Assembly (NCBI GenBank): GCA_051942205.1
Contig: JAVECO010000051.1
Coordinates: 1-64,000 of the forward strand
Source: Coniocarpon cinnabarinum
Taxonomy: Eukaryota
Direction of reading: 5' to 3'
DNA: 64,000 nucleotides
How positions within the stretch are numbered: position 1 is the stretch's first letter; every line of letters starts with the position of its first letter. Below, in pieces: positions 12,895-25,046 of this stretch. The notes below the pieces were generated by a model, which saw only the letters and a list, made by a program, of their open reading frames with translations, was not told where the DNA came from and did no database searches. The position numbers and the translations under genes were made by a program.

Positions 12895-15237
12895 ATGCAC
12901 CCATCTCCTCATGCCTTCCGACGAGCGTTGATCGCCAACGTGAAGGTTTTGTCCCTTCGACATTGCCTTACCACTGTCTCGGGGCCACTACCCCCTACCA
13001 GTCGAAGCCTTGATGTTGAGCTCCATTCTAGTAGTAAAGCACAAGCAGATGAACCACGAGGCACCAGTGACTGCGGAGCCGCACAAGGATGTCGCAAAGA
13101 TTCGGAGGCTTTTCGCGATTCCAAATTTTCGAGTGACCCTCACGTCAAAAGATTGACCAAACCGCTACACTTTCGAACACGTCAGCCTGATTGGGCCTCT
13201 CGAAAGAACGAGTACGACATACTCAAGAACCCTGGTGTAGCAACAGTCGCTGAGCCAATTTCCACCCCATTGACAAATCGTCTGGCGGGACAGGACAATG
13301 GCTCAAATCTCGAGTGGGAGCTTGATTCCGTGCTCAACCCCTCGGCGGCTGTGGATGGCCCACCAAAGTCAAGCGCCTTGGAAGAGCTAGAAGATCGGTA
13401 CCGTCATGATGTCGCAAATCAGTCTTTTGACAGAAGCAAATCTTTCGATGTATCTCTTTCAGCCAATTTTGCCGATGATCAGGGGCGACATTTTCAGAAG
13501 GTGGGGGAAACGCTGGCAAAACGGAGGACACAATTCGAGTGGAAACAAAAGAAGCATGCAGCCACGCGCGAGGATCTCCGGAACCCTGGCGCGGACATTT
13601 CGAAGACTTTCAGATTCCTAAAGCGACACACACCAACTAGGAACATCGATTGGCATGCCATGCGGTTGGATGGCCATCCGACGACCTTGAGTCAATTACA
13701 AAAATCTCTGCGCGGCTCGCAGGTACTATGCAGACCCATTGTCAGGTTGGGAAAGTCGTATTCGATGATTGTCAGCGGGTCCTCCGAGAACTTAGGGATA
13801 TTCAAGCAGAACCTGTATGAAATCCAGTCACAACATACCTTGGAAGATCCGAAGAGTCTGCAGGCTGTTGCGATGAATATCGAGGATTCCGAGAATCTAT
13901 CGTTGCCCATCCCTACGAGCTCAAGGTCGGATTTGCGAAATGTACAGCGTGCGTTCGAGACACGCGTGGCTCAGATTACATCGCGTTGTCGCAACCAAAG
14001 CGCAACTCAATCAGTATCAGATCTGACTGATGCTTTTCAGGTCCGGGATATCAACGATTCGAGCGTAACCCTTAGAAGCTTTCGCATGGGTATTCAGTTC
14101 TATCTCCAACATGGAGAAATCAAAGCGGCCCAGGAGCTACTCTCGCGCGCTCATACATATGGGCTCCAGCTGTCATCGGCTACTTTCTCATTGTTCCTGC
14201 GGCAATGCGCGAAGTTGTCAAACTTGACTGCCTTTGACGTGATGCTCTGGAAGATGATCCAGCATGGTGTACCTGTTGATGGTTCAACGTGGTCGGCGTT
14301 CTTCCAAATCGCCCACGATCCCAGTGACAGAGCTCAGATTCTGCACTACGTCATCTCCAGAGGTCTTGCTGAACATGAGAATGCCGTCCATCACTTCGCT
14401 GAGCCGATAATACGGCAAGGCCTTGGCAACCACCTAGATGCTGGCGGCAGGCTGTCCACATTCATAGACAAATTGAGAGGCCTTCTTGGAGCAAAGTGGG
14501 CTTCGCCTAGGGCCTTGCAGAGTCTGGCTGGTGTTCTGGCCAGTCGTGACTTACTTGGGCAAGCGATTGAGGTGTTGAAGCTTGTGGAGCATCAGACAGG
14601 ATTCACTCCGAATATTTCAATTTTGAACGCAGTTCTACGGCAGTATGCAGCGCAAAACGATCTGCCTCGAGCAGTCTATGCTGTTGTGCTCTTCTCTGCG
14701 AGATGGCCACTCCTTCAACCAGACCAGACCACCTTTGATCGGCTTTGGAAACTCGCTTGGGCCTGCAAGAGTGTAAACGTTACCAAAACGATCTGGCAAT
14801 ACGCATGCGCTGCTCAATACACCACACATCTCCGACCGCTCCTCAAATCTAGCATCAAATCTGGTCTGCTAGCGAGGTTTGGGCAAGAGGTAGAGACGAT
14901 GCAAAAACCAGTACAGGCAAAGTGGCATCGCGCTGCAGGGTTGATCGTCGTCAACAGAGGCGGCCACAATCTAAATTTTCAAGAAGACCAGGAAGGCGAG
15001 GATATCCCAGCCAAAGCAAGCCGTCTGTCCTACCGTCTTATTCAGCAAGATTTACGTACAGCTCGTCACTTGGTGCCAAGTTTACTGTTTGCAGAGGCTC
15101 TTGACAAGGCATGGAAGATGGATCGAGAATGGGCCTCGAGCGGGTTGCGAAAAGCTCTGATGGAGAACACATCTCAACACGTCTTGTCTTACAATGTGCC
15201 GATGAAGCCTCAAGACGACCACCAATGTCAAGAATGA
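12895..15237 (+). CDS. Pentatricopeptide-repeat (PPR)-like mitochondrial protein
   Basis: 780-aa single ORF with a basic N-terminus and degenerate PPR-like helices (SATFSLFLRQCAK, GVPVDGSTWSAFF, PNISILNAVLRQYA, PDQTTFDRLWKLAW). Confidence 0.8.
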   Translation: MHPSPHAFRRALIANVKVLSLRHCLTTVSGPLPPTSRSLDVELHSSSKAQADEPRGTSDCGAAQGCRKDSEAFRDSKFSSDPHVKRLTKPLHFRTRQPDWASRKNEYDILKNPGVATVAEPISTPLTNRLAGQDNGSNLEWELDSVLNPSAAVDGPPKSSALEELEDRYRHDVANQSFDRSKSFDVSLSANFADDQGRHFQKVGETLAKRRTQFEWKQKKHAATREDLRNPGADISKTFRFLKRHTPTRNIDWHAMRLDGHPTTLSQLQKSLRGSQVLCRPIVRLGKSYSMIVSGSSENLGIFKQNLYEIQSQHTLEDPKSLQAVAMNIEDSENLSLPIPTSSRSDLRNVQRAFETRVAQITSRCRNQSATQSVSDLTDAFQVRDINDSSVTLRSFRMGIQFYLQHGEIKAAQELLSRAHTYGLQLSSATFSLFLRQCAKLSNLTAFDVMLWKMIQHGVPVDGSTWSAFFQIAHDPSDRAQILHYVISRGLAEHENAVHHFAEPIIRQGLGNHLDAGGRLSTFIDKLRGLLGAKWASPRALQSLAGVLASRDLLGQAIEVLKLVEHQTGFTPNISILNAVLRQYAAQNDLPRAVYAVVLFSARWPLLQPDQTTFDRLWKLAWACKSVNVTKTIWQYACAAQYTTHLRPLLKSSIKSGLLARFGQEVETMQKPVQAKWHRAAGLIVVNRGGHNLNFQEDQEGEDIPAKASRLSYRLIQQDLRTARHLVPSLLFAEALDKAWKMDREWASSGLRKALMENTSQHVLSYNVPMKPQDDHQCQE

Positions 15238-15596
15238 GTTTTCAAGGGCCAGACTGGCTAAATAACATTCATGATGTTCAAGTGGTTCAAACAGCGAGAG
15301 CTGCTTAAGCAAATAAGAGGATCACCTTGAGCATGCAGCTAGGAATGCTCATTATGCCCGCTATATAAATTGTGCACTATCTGTTTAGACTCATGCAGCA
15401 TCTCTGTAATGTTCACGCTGTGTCACTTAGCAATAATGCATTTGACATTATACTCAGCTTGCCTCTTGTGCCCAAATTAGCAGAACGCCAAGCCTGCGGA
15501 CTTCCGCGTGTGAAGACCTCATAAAAAAAGGGGACAGGACGTGTCCTTCCCGTCCTCAACGAACACTCACATTCGACTTCCATCGGCCTCACGATC

Positions 15597-16757
15597 ATGG
15601 CTGAAAGTAGTGCCGCTGAGGATGTGAAGATGGAGCCTCCCGATCTTGCCCCGGAGGCACCGGGTCGGCCGCCGCTGACAATGAAGTACAAATCATGGAG
15701 GTGAGGGCCTCCTCTCGAGTACGTTGATGTTTTATGGGTGCTAATGGGAGGAATCACAGAAAGAAGTACCGCAAGATGCGCCAGCGCTTCGACGACAGGA
15801 TGGAGGAGGCGAACAACCTGTTTCTTGCGACGCATCATTTGAATGAGGTCGCGCAACGGTTACAAGAACAGAATGAGTACGTCCCGAACCAATACGTTGA
15901 TCAAACCGTAAACGCAACCTCATGGCTCCGAGAGCTTGGCTGACATTTACGAACACAGTCAACTCCTCGAAATCATCAACGATCTCAATGGCTCCTCCAA
16001 AGTCCCATCCAAGTACCGCTACGATGTAGCGCTTCCCGCAGATCAAACGCAGCAAGACACACCGCCCCTCAAAAGATCTAAGCGCGAACCATCACCAGCA
16101 GCCATCAAGCTCGCAGAGCTAGAGCGCGAAGTCTCATATACTTACGCAACCGAGCTGGCCGCCTTGCCCAACGACCTCCTGGACCACGAAGGGAACGCGC
16201 CGAACGGCTATCTCACACCTAAACATGAAGAAGACTATCTCGGCGTCATCGACAACGCATTAGACGTCATACCACTCCCGTCTCCTTCGCGACCAAACAC
16301 CATCCTGGATCCATCTGTGGACCTCCGCCCACGCCATACGTCTCCGCCGACTGAACGTGACTTTGCGACGCAGAATCCCGTCTCAGTGCACAATTGGCTA
16401 CTTCGCCACAAGCCCGTCCTCAAGACTGACGACGTCACTTCGGAACGCGGTGACAACGGGTCCACGGTCGGTGCTCCAACGGCAAGTACGCATTCGAAGA
16501 AGAAGTCCAGTGCGAGCCAGAGGCGGGAGCGAACGAAGGAGGACGCTCCATTTGAAGGATTAGATGATGAGATTGGATTCGACGCCGATGAGATGATGGG
16601 CAAGAAGCGGAAGAGGGGCGCGGATGGGGATCAGACGTATAGACCGAAAGGTGGGAGGAGTAAGGCCGCCAAACGGAAGCGGGAACGGGGAGATGAGGGA
16701 GATGGGGAGAGGGATGGGAAGAGGAGCCGTGGCGAGGACGCAGATTACATGGATTAG
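15597..16757 (+). CDS. IEC3: INO80 complex subunit Iec3-like
   Basis: The spliced N-terminus gives YKSWRKKYRKMRQRFD...RLQEQNDQLLEI. Also NPVSVHNWL and DDEIG, then a basic YRPKGGRSKAAKRKR tail. Two introns. Confidence 0.85.
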
Positions 16758-16949
16758 AAGTTGCGCTGCATTACCTATAGAGGCTGACCAGTTTTTATTT
16801 ACATGCTGTCGGTCAGACTATCAATATGCTATCATACAGACTTCGCCGGACATCCTCCATTACTTTGCGAGCACCAGACCAATGTCATTGAGGATACTCT
16901 ATTGCTGGATCGCTGTACATTTCAAACATGAAGTCTTGAGTATGCCCCG

Positions 16950-17990
16950 TCATTTGTGCCTTCTCCGCTGTGTCACTACCATCTCCGGCTCCTCACTCAT
17001 CGCCTCCAATGGCAAGCCCATCGCCGCCTTCCCATCCGCAATCCTACCCTGCTCCTCTCTACCTTGTTCTGCCAAACGATTCTTCGCCCAAGTCTCTTCC
17101 AAATACCGTTTCCTCTCTTCGCCAACCCGCCATTCTTTGGGAAACCTGAGCTTCGGCTTTTCAAACCTCGCGTGCCGGAAGTCAAATGGAATGTCCTCAA
17201 ATGTGTCTTTGCCCTCTCGCGCTTCTGTTAACAATCTCTCCAGTAACGTGATCAAATGTCGCTTGTTCTGTGGTGCAGTTTGAAACTGCTCACATGCCAT
17301 TTTCGCGGTCTTGCTATGGGGATCATAGCGCGTACCCAGTAGTTTGATGAGCTTGTCACATTGCACCTTGGATAGATTGGGCAGCTGCGCAGGCTGGAAA
17401 TCCATCACCACCTTTTTGGCGGCCGGATGGTGTTCCCCGAGATACGTCGTATACCGGAACCGCAGCGGCGTCTTCTCCGTCGGCCGCTGAAACTCTTTCC
17501 GATACTGCCACAGCATCGGCCCATCCCATCCACTCACCCTCTCCAACTCGCGCAACTCCCTGACCTGCTCCAACTCGCCATGCGCGGACGCCGAGATATC
17601 ATCCATGTCGAACTCAGGATCTGGTTCGTTGTCGTCGGTTGCGCCGGAGGCGAAAAATCCGCGTTTCGTGGGACTCAGGTCGTCTTCGGTCACATCTGCG
17701 GGCGCCTCGCGAGGGACCATTTTGTGGGACTCTGGCATGGAGAAGAGGTCTTGGTTTGAGGCATTGAGGGAGAAATTGCTGTCGGTATCGGCGGCTAAGG
17801 CTTGAAGAGCGTTGCGGCGCGCGTTGTCGGTGCGAGTGGGTCGTTTACGCAGTGGTCTCGGGGTGGTCTGGGTGAATGATCTAAGTTGACAGCCAGTGCA
17901 TACGTGCTGTGAAGCGGAGGATACAGGATGCCTGAGCTGTGAGGAAGGTCGACGGAGGACTCGACGGAGGGGCTGGTTTAATGAGGCCAT
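16950..17990 (-). CDS. RSM24: Mitochondrial small-subunit ribosomal protein Rsm24/mS35
   Basis: Contains PLRFRYTTYLGEHHPAAKKVV, KLIKLLGTRYDP and DTFEDIPFDFRH, with an Arg-rich targeting peptide from the ATG at 17990. Confidence 0.92.
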   Translation of the reverse strand: MASLNQPLRRVLRRPSSQLRHPVSSASQHVCTGCQLRSFTQTTPRPLRKRPTRTDNARRNALQALAADTDSNFSLNASNQDLFSMPESHKMVPREAPADVTEDDLSPTKRGFFASGATDDNEPDPEFDMDDISASAHGELEQVRELRELERVSGWDGPMLWQYRKEFQRPTEKTPLRFRYTTYLGEHHPAAKKVVMDFQPAQLPNLSKVQCDKLIKLLGTRYDPHSKTAKMACEQFQTAPQNKRHLITLLERLLTEAREGKDTFEDIPFDFRHARFEKPKLRFPKEWRVGEERKRYLEETWAKNRLAEQGREEQGRIADGKAAMGLPLEAMSEEPEMVVTQRRRHK

Positions 17991-18108
17991 TGATACCGTA
18001 GCTATGCGAAGGGACGAGCACCGGCAAAATAAGTCATAAGTCGAAAGCAATGAATGGCTTTCCTGTAGTGCAGCTTTGTGGACTGGTGCCTCCCTAAGCG
18101 AGAACCGA

Positions 18109-18271
18109 AGGGTTCATTGACCCTAACACCACTTCCCGGTCAAAATATTAGTCTTCCTAGACGGCGAACCTGTGCGCTGACAATGGTGCGGGTCAAAAAG
18201 CCAGGGACACGATGGCGAAAGCCTCTTGTGTCTCATAAGCCGTTGACATGACGTACGGCAAGTGCTGTCTA
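18109..18271 (+). repeat. Dispersed ~150-bp repeat, copy A (most diverged)
   Basis: 18164-18271 aligns without gaps to the right two-thirds of copy B (GAACCTGTGCGCTGACAAT..GGGTCAAAAAGCC..GGCGAAAGCC..CGGCAAGT). Confidence 0.7.
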
Positions 18272-18503
18272 ACTTAGCACTTGCAGTCACTGAATACTCC
18301 TATCTTTTTTGAAGCTTCTGTGAAGCGCTTTAAAAGATACCCGAATGAGCTGGGAGTATAAAGGATTGTCTATCTCCAGGATCAGGTCTAGCTGTCGGCC
18401 CTCTCCTTGTCAAGTTTTTGTGCTTTATTTCATAGTTCAATGTTTCGGAGAATGTCTCTATAGTCCTCGGGATGCAGAGAATCGAGCTAATCACAAGTCC
18501 CTC

Positions 18504-19852
18504 CTACGTTACCATCAAGTCAACCCTCTTTCCGATTTGACCCATCTCTACAAAGGATAAGTCGTTGTTGCTACGACTGATGTTTTCTCCACCGCTTGCA
18601 TGCGCACTAGTCATATATGGTGTGTTCTGACTGCTGCTGATTAGCTTCTGGTGGTCCAGAGTATTCGACACGGACGTTTGGTTTTCATCTGCCACTGCGG
18701 TCTTTGAGGTCATATTCTCGTATCCAGGGCGCATTTTTCTGGAGCTAGAAAATAAAGAATTGGTGTTTGTCGATTTGCTCCGCATTACTAGCGGACTCAA
18801 GGCTGGGATGGTTGCGGCAATAATTGTAGTGGCAGCTTCGACGACAGCTAAGATGGCTAAGTCGACAATATTATCTAACGCGGGGTGAGAACATGAGTAT
18901 TCTGCGCTCACTTTGACTGAGCGGGGATGCCGAGAAGAACTTACAAGTATTGTCTGCGTCAAAGTAACGATGCAGAAGGCCCACCCTTGCGGCTGCGCAA
19001 GCGCCAGTACTCGTGCGCCGTTAGTATCAGGATCAGAGTTTACTAGGTGAAGCACATACAGAACGCCAAGGCTCATTATAGCCCCTACACCAATCTTTAT
19101 TGTCGTCTTCATCTGAATGTCCCACATGAAAAGAATGGGTAGAAGTGCAAAGCCAAAATCGCAGACAATTGCAACAGCTAACAGGCGTCTCAGCATGTAC
19201 AATATCACGATGTACGCTGAGCGACTAACCTCCGCCCATATATTGAGGCTCTAACATAGATCGATGAGGCCAGCATTCGCCTGGCAGCTGAGGATTCCAA
19301 AGCTTCTTGTACGGGTGACATTGTAGGAAAGCGACAATCGCTGCAAATAGCTGGACAATAGCGAAAAAGCCGGTGAACCCATAGAGATAAAGAGTTACTC
19401 GTCTGGAAACGGCATATAGACGGATGACGAACAAGGCGACAGATATTCTAGAGAACATGTTCGAGAAGGTGACGAGTGATTGCGCCACAGTTTCGAACAG
19501 AATGATTCTCGGAATGTGTGACGGCTCAACGCAGGCGAGGTGCTTGCCAAAACCTAAGTGTGCTGCATACCACAGGATGGCGCTCGGCGGGAGAATGAAC
19601 AGCTGTTGAATCACCGAAATTATTGATCATGCTAACGAAATCAAGGTGTAGAGAGCTTACCACCGCGACAGCAATCGTGAAGTCATCCCACCAAAGTGAC
19701 CGTACTATGACCTTACGAACGTATAGTCTCATGACAAGAAGAGGAATGTAGACCGCTGCGAGGATGGAGGTTACGGATATGTAAGCAACGCCTTTTTCCC
19801 CAAGACCTGAATGACATCCCGCGAGAGCTTGAGAGGTTTCCTTGGACGTCAT
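18504..19852 (-). CDS. PTH11-like integral membrane protein (fungal rhodopsin domain), no CFEM domain
   Basis: MRLYVRKVIVRSLWWDDFTI, GFGKH, SRISVALFVIRL, FLQCHPYKKLWNP...GECW, DFGFALLP and EAATTIIAATIPAL. Multi-exon. Confidence 0.88.
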
Positions 19853-21724
19853 GATCTCTTTTGCTTAGGGAGACGTCTCGTTGACCAAATTCTAAAGATG
19901 CAAATTTGCTTTAAATGATGCAGATTCGAAATGACTACACAAGTCTGAATTAACGACTATTAAGGTGTGGATTGACCGTTGCAGCTCGCATCAGCACACA
20001 GGCAACCGGACTCTCGGCAGTTATGCTAGCTGACCCGCATCTGAGTCCCAGCCGCTGATGCAGTGCAAACAACATCGTGACAACTGAGCCGTGTCAAGGA
20101 TTTCTGCATCACCAAAATTCTCCTCATTTGTCGTCCATTGCATGAAGGATGATGCAATATGGGGCGAGATCGATCATTCTATTGTGTAGGACATACGACC
20201 GGTCGTCACCGGAGTTCTGAGACTCACTTAAAGCACGCATTGATTGCTGTTGTGCTACGAGTGATGCCAGTTTATGGATTCATTGCAAAGACCAAGGGCT
20301 CTGCACGAAGACAAGCAAATTCTTGATTGAGCACCGCTTTCGACTTCACCAAGATACGTCAACTGCCGGTCCACTCCACCTTGATAAGCAGTAACAGTAA
20401 CATTAACTGGCACCCATATGCTCAACATGCTAACAGCTTCTCCTGATGACGAATTTTGTAACTTTTCAACGTTGCACATAACATGGTGTCTTAGAGACAA
20501 TACAGTATGACTCGATGTTACTTCTCTCAAAGCTTTCGATCACAGAAATCTCAAAGCCAATGCCTAAGGACATGATGCAATGGAACACTCAATCGACCAA
20601 ACGTTAGCCAATACCACAATGTTTTTAAGAAATGATTGTGGAAATGTCTTCACGTTCACTTTCCGTTTGATAGACACGGCAAGAGCAATTATGCCGTGGA
20701 TGCTACAGAGATCGGCTCGTGAAGTAAAAGGACGCCGCCTGTTCCGGTGGCGCATAGTGTGTCTCTCCGGATCCGTCTTTGGTGCCTGCAGCCTGGTAAG
20801 TGTCTTGATCCAAGCGTCGAGTCATCAGAGATCCGGGCGAGAGCAGCCGCTGTATTCACGTGAATGCTCGTCTAATGAAGAATTACGCTGTCGCTTGGCT
20901 GGCACGCGCTTGCACACAGATTTCAGGAACGAGTCCATTGCAAGTCTTCGCGCCTTGCACGTGCAGCGGGTTGTCCACCTCACCCCCTTTATCAAGGCAG
21001 ATGTGCGTTTCTGATAAATCTTGCGGAGAGGCATCATCTTGATTACCTCGTCGTCCAAAAGCTGCCAAGAGCGGAATAGTTACCTGTTCCGAGCGCTGAC
21101 ATGGAAGATCGCGAGACCGCCTGGTCCAGCCGCCTTCAGCGAGATGTGCGTTTAGTGAGCCGGCACAGTGACATGATGTTCACTGCCAGAAGCGTGATGT
21201 CATGTTGAAGAAGTGCAACCACTTCTTGGGACCGACATCAACGCACATGAATGTTGGGATAGGCCAGTTGGTCAAATGCACGCACATAGCCCCTTTTTGT
21301 GCAAAGACTTGATTTCAAATGTGCCTCGTCGTCTTTCACGAATTCATACGGTTAGCAGATGCCGCGAAGACATAGATGTAATCAGAGGGAAGGCTGTGCA
21401 ATATAATCTCGAGATGTATCATCTCCTGCTGCCGCTAGAGACTGAGGTGAAGTGACGCCATGCTCTGGCTTCTGTGGAAACCATGTGCTGAGTCAAATGG
21501 CCCCTAAAACTCTTCAATCTCGGATTTTGCTGCCTAGAATAATGTAGAAGTGAGTCAAACTCTTCTCTCTGCTTTGAACCTCCAGAGGCTCTAGTTTTGT
21601 TGTCACAATCAACCCAGAATCTAGATCTCTATCAAAGCACGGACCACTGTCCCTCAAGGTTCCCACCATCATCACAATCGCAACATCAACATATTTCGCT
21701 TGACAGTCTCCAACATCAGGGCTG

Positions 21725-22501
21725 ATGTCTACTTCGGCTACCACTTCTAAGCCCGCCAAACTGGCCTTCTTGACCACCGGCGCCACTGCTCCATTCCCTT
21801 CCCTTCTCCGCTCCGCGCTACACCCCACCTTCATAGCCGCGCTTGCACAGCACGGCTACACCGACTTTCTCTTACAATACGGCACCGGCGGTGCAGCAGT
21901 TTTAGACACATGCATAAGGCCTGACGACGACGGAAAGAGGATCTCCAACGGTGTGCGAATCGCAGGTTTCGATTTCCGAAGTGATGGACTGAAAGACGAA
22001 CTGTTGGCGGCCAAAGGGCCAATGCACAAAGCTTCGGCGGATATGAGCAAAGCTAAAGATAAGAAGAGGAAGGATCGAAGCAGGACAAGTGGCAATGAAG
22101 AGGAGGAGAATTTGACACAGGACATGGCTGCATCGAAACATGCACAAAATACTGAAGCTGTCGAGGGTGTTGTAATCACACACGCAGGCACTGGCACCAT
22201 TCTTGAAGGTCTTCGGGTTAGCGTTCCGATGATTGTAGTTCCAAATCCCAAGCTGTTGGATAACCACCAAGAAGAGCTTGCTGAAGAGATGGGACGGATG
22301 GGGTATGTGGTGGATTGTCGACTTGTAGGCGATGATGGCAAAGGCGGGGCCGAGGCCGGTGCGGAGAATTTAGTGCAGGCGTTGGAGGAGGTTGAAAAGT
22401 CGAGAAGAGGCTCGAAAGAATGGCCACCTAGGGAAGGGGGAACAAAGAGGAGCGTGGGGGATGTGCTTGATGAAGAGGTATGGAGAGGGCGGCTGGATTG
22501 A
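21725..22501 (+). CDS. ALG13: UDP-GlcNAc transferase subunit Alg13
   Basis: FLTTGATAPF, LLQYG, VITHAGTGTILEGLR and VVPNPKLLDNHQEELA. Confidence 0.93.
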   Translation: MSTSATTSKPAKLAFLTTGATAPFPSLLRSALHPTFIAALAQHGYTDFLLQYGTGGAAVLDTCIRPDDDGKRISNGVRIAGFDFRSDGLKDELLAAKGPMHKASADMSKAKDKKRKDRSRTSGNEEEENLTQDMAASKHAQNTEAVEGVVITHAGTGTILEGLRVSVPMIVVPNPKLLDNHQEELAEEMGRMGYVVDCRLVGDDGKGGAEAGAENLVQALEEVEKSRRGSKEWPPREGGTKRSVGDVLDEEVWRGRLD

Positions 22502-22853
22502 CGCTGAAGTGTTTGACATGTTGAACAACTTTCAAAACTGTCGAAAGGCTTTCTGAGCTTGAAATACTGTTCGATTGAGTGCATGCGGGGCATTTGACCA
22601 CACCGGTGAGAGTGCAGCTTGGATACAGCAAACGAGGAGTCTACAGGATGTGTTCGAGGACAGATGCCACCACGGCCCCAATCATGATGGAAACCTCCGG
22701 TCGCTATTCAGGACACATTAACTACCACATCAGCAAATAATGCTATTGGATACAGCAATACGACATAACGCCAAAACTTCAAGCAAAAGACAAGTCGACA
22801 ACACAAGCTTCAGCTATCACTCCACCTACACTCGTCTCCTCCAGTTAAGCTTG

Positions 22854-23434
22854 TTAACCACCACCCCCACCAACATCCTTTGCCGGCGTCCCTCCAATCA
22901 TCATATCCCACCTCTTCGTCCCCTCCAAAGGCCGAAACCAAGCCTGCTTCGACTTCACGAAACACTCATGCTCCGGCACCGGCAGCCCTCCTTCCCCAAA
23001 GATCCCTAATTTCAAAATCACCTTGCCTGCTTTCGTCGCGGCTTCCACCTCTGATTTGATGGGATTCCCACACGTCTTGCAGAAATAACGATACACGGGG
23101 TTGCCGGAGGTGGTGTCGAGGTCTTTGTAGACGCTCAGGTTTTCGGAGCCGGTCAGGGTTACGGAGTATGTGGGGAGGAGTAGGTTGGCGGCGAAGGCTG
23201 TGGTGGGGGTCAGAGAGGGGAATTGAACTGTGTGGTTCACTTGGGAGGAGTGTGATAGGTGTGAGGGGTATGAGTAACCGTTGAAGGGGGGGATCATTGT
23301 TGAATGGAAGGCATACCGGAGCCCGCTGTCTTTTGACAATTGGTACAATGACAAACATGTCCATGTTTCCCATTGAAGAGATCGGGATCTTCAACGTGTA
23401 CTTTGATGGCGCCACAATTGCATGACCCATCCAT
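22854..23434 (-). CDS. GFA/CENP-V (Mss4-like) zinc-binding protein
   Basis: Exon 1 reads MDGSCNCGAIKV...HVCHCTNCQKTAGS. After one intron, exon 2 contains RYFCKTCGNPI. Confidence 0.9.
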
Positions 23435-24079
23435 TATGTGTGAAAGCGTGGATTGCGCGAACACTTATACTGTACAGTTCAGGATACTCTTGCCACATTC
23501 AATCCCTCAGACATTAAAAGCCAGGAGTGCGATTCTTATATTATAGGTTTGGATTCTGCGCGATACCACACCAATGGGAATATCGACTTTGGCTCAGGTG
23601 CATTACGAAAGCATGACATAGCTTGTCGACCCCACAACGGCACCAGCTCGTTAAACTCGGGTTTTGCTCGTGTTGTGGGATTCCTTTCCCGGACTCTGTC
23701 TTTTGCTTGTCGCTTGCAAGGTGTCGCGCCCTTTCGGTGATGGCCGAGTGTCAGATCGCCGTATTCTAAATGCGATGTATTGCATGAACAGCATGACTGT
23801 TCCGGGGAGAGCTTCCTCCGTGGATGGGTACAGGTCGTTACGTATTGACCTTGAGCTCTCTACTCTGAAGGAACGTGAAACTAGGGATGAGAGATCAGAA
23901 TCATCGTTAGGTTTCTGAAGGTAGCTGTTTGCGACTGGGGAGAGGTAGTAATGAGAAGAAAGAAAAACAACGAAGAAAAATGACGCAAGCTGGGTGAGCA
24001 CCATGATGGTCAACCATCTCACGTCACATGCATTCACATGCACGTATGCTATCACTGCAAACAGCTCATCGCGCTCGTA

Positions 24080-24103
24080 CTCAACTCAACTCAACTCAAC
24101 TCA
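24080..24103. repeat. (CTCAA)n pentanucleotide microsatellite
   Basis: ctcaactcaactcaactcaactca, just 3' of the Cdt1-like gene. Confidence 0.8.
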
Positions 24104-24110
24104 TTACATC

Positions 24111-25046
24111 TCATCTGACCTCCTCCACCGCCTCCGCAACCCTCCTCTCAATCTCCAACGGCCTGGCACGCGCATCAACCGTAACCGCCACCATCTTCTC
24201 CGTCCTCACAAATCGCACAAACCCCACCGCGCCCAACCTTTCGCCCTCCTCCTCTAGTAACCGCAAACAGCGCTCAATCTCCCTCGCCCCCATCGGACTC
24301 CTCGCAGAAACCTGCACGCGCCCAACTAAAGATTTCAACGAATACGAACCCCGCGCTTGTGTCTTTTTCGCAGGTGGCATCGCAAGCACGCGCACGACAT
24401 CTGGAAGTCGACGCAGCGCGTTGCGTCGTTCTATCGCTTCTGGCGATAGAGGCGCGGGTGCGTTGGCGCGTTGCATGCTTTTGGCGCGGAGGCGGTCGTA
24501 CAGGGACGTAGAGCGGGATTGAAGAGCCGTGGCTTTGCGATGAGGACTTGAATCCGGTGCATCTGTTGAATTTGCGTTTTGTGACTTTTGCGCGTCTGCT
24601 GCTAGTGACCTGAGGTCGAGGAGGCGCTGTTGCCCACGCGTGGAAGAGGTCGGTTTGATGGACGGTGAGAGCGGCTTCGTTGGCGTCGTCTCGGGCGTTG
24701 GAAGGTTTTGTGGATTACTGCGCGGCTTGGTGGGTGTTGCGCATGATAATGATGTTGTATCCTGTTGCAAAGTCTTGACTTGCTTTGCGACAGGTTGCGA
24801 TTGCTTGTCTGAGGCGGTAATCGCGTCCTCGTCATCTTCGCGTTTTCGTTTCGCGGAAGTCTGGACGCTTAGTCGATTTCTGTCAAGAGACTCGAGGTTC
24901 TCATTTGAATGATGTGAAATGGGCTTTTTGCCACTGCTGGGAGGCGAGAGTGGTTTTGAGATACGGCCATAGTTGCTGATTGATGGCTGCTTCTGGGCAG
25001 GATGAGATGCTCGTCTGGGCTTGGCCGAAGATGTGGGTGAGGCCAT
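24111..25046 (-). CDS. Cdt1 C-terminal domain-like protein
   Basis: 311 aa: low-complexity N-terminal half, then SLYDRLRAK and SYSLKSLVGRVQVSARSPMGAREIERCLRLL, resembling the fungal Cdt1 C-terminal winged helix. Confidence 0.65.
   Translation of the reverse strand: MASPTSSAKPRRASHPAQKQPSISNYGRISKPLSPPSSGKKPISHHSNENLESLDRNRLSVQTSAKRKREDDEDAITASDKQSQPVAKQVKTLQQDTTSLSCATPTKPRSNPQNLPTPETTPTKPLSPSIKPTSSTRGQQRLLDLRSLAADAQKSQNANSTDAPDSSPHRKATALQSRSTSLYDRLRAKSMQRANAPAPLSPEAIERRNALRRLPDVVRVLAMPPAKKTQARGSYSLKSLVGRVQVSARSPMGAREIERCLRLLEEEGERLGAVGFVRFVRTEKMVAVTVDARARPLEIERRVAEAVEEVR

Noticed and set aside
19900..21700. ORFs in the long spacer between the PTH11-like gene and ALG13
   Set aside because: No recognisable protein features; the spacer appears non-coding, with faint repeat remnants.
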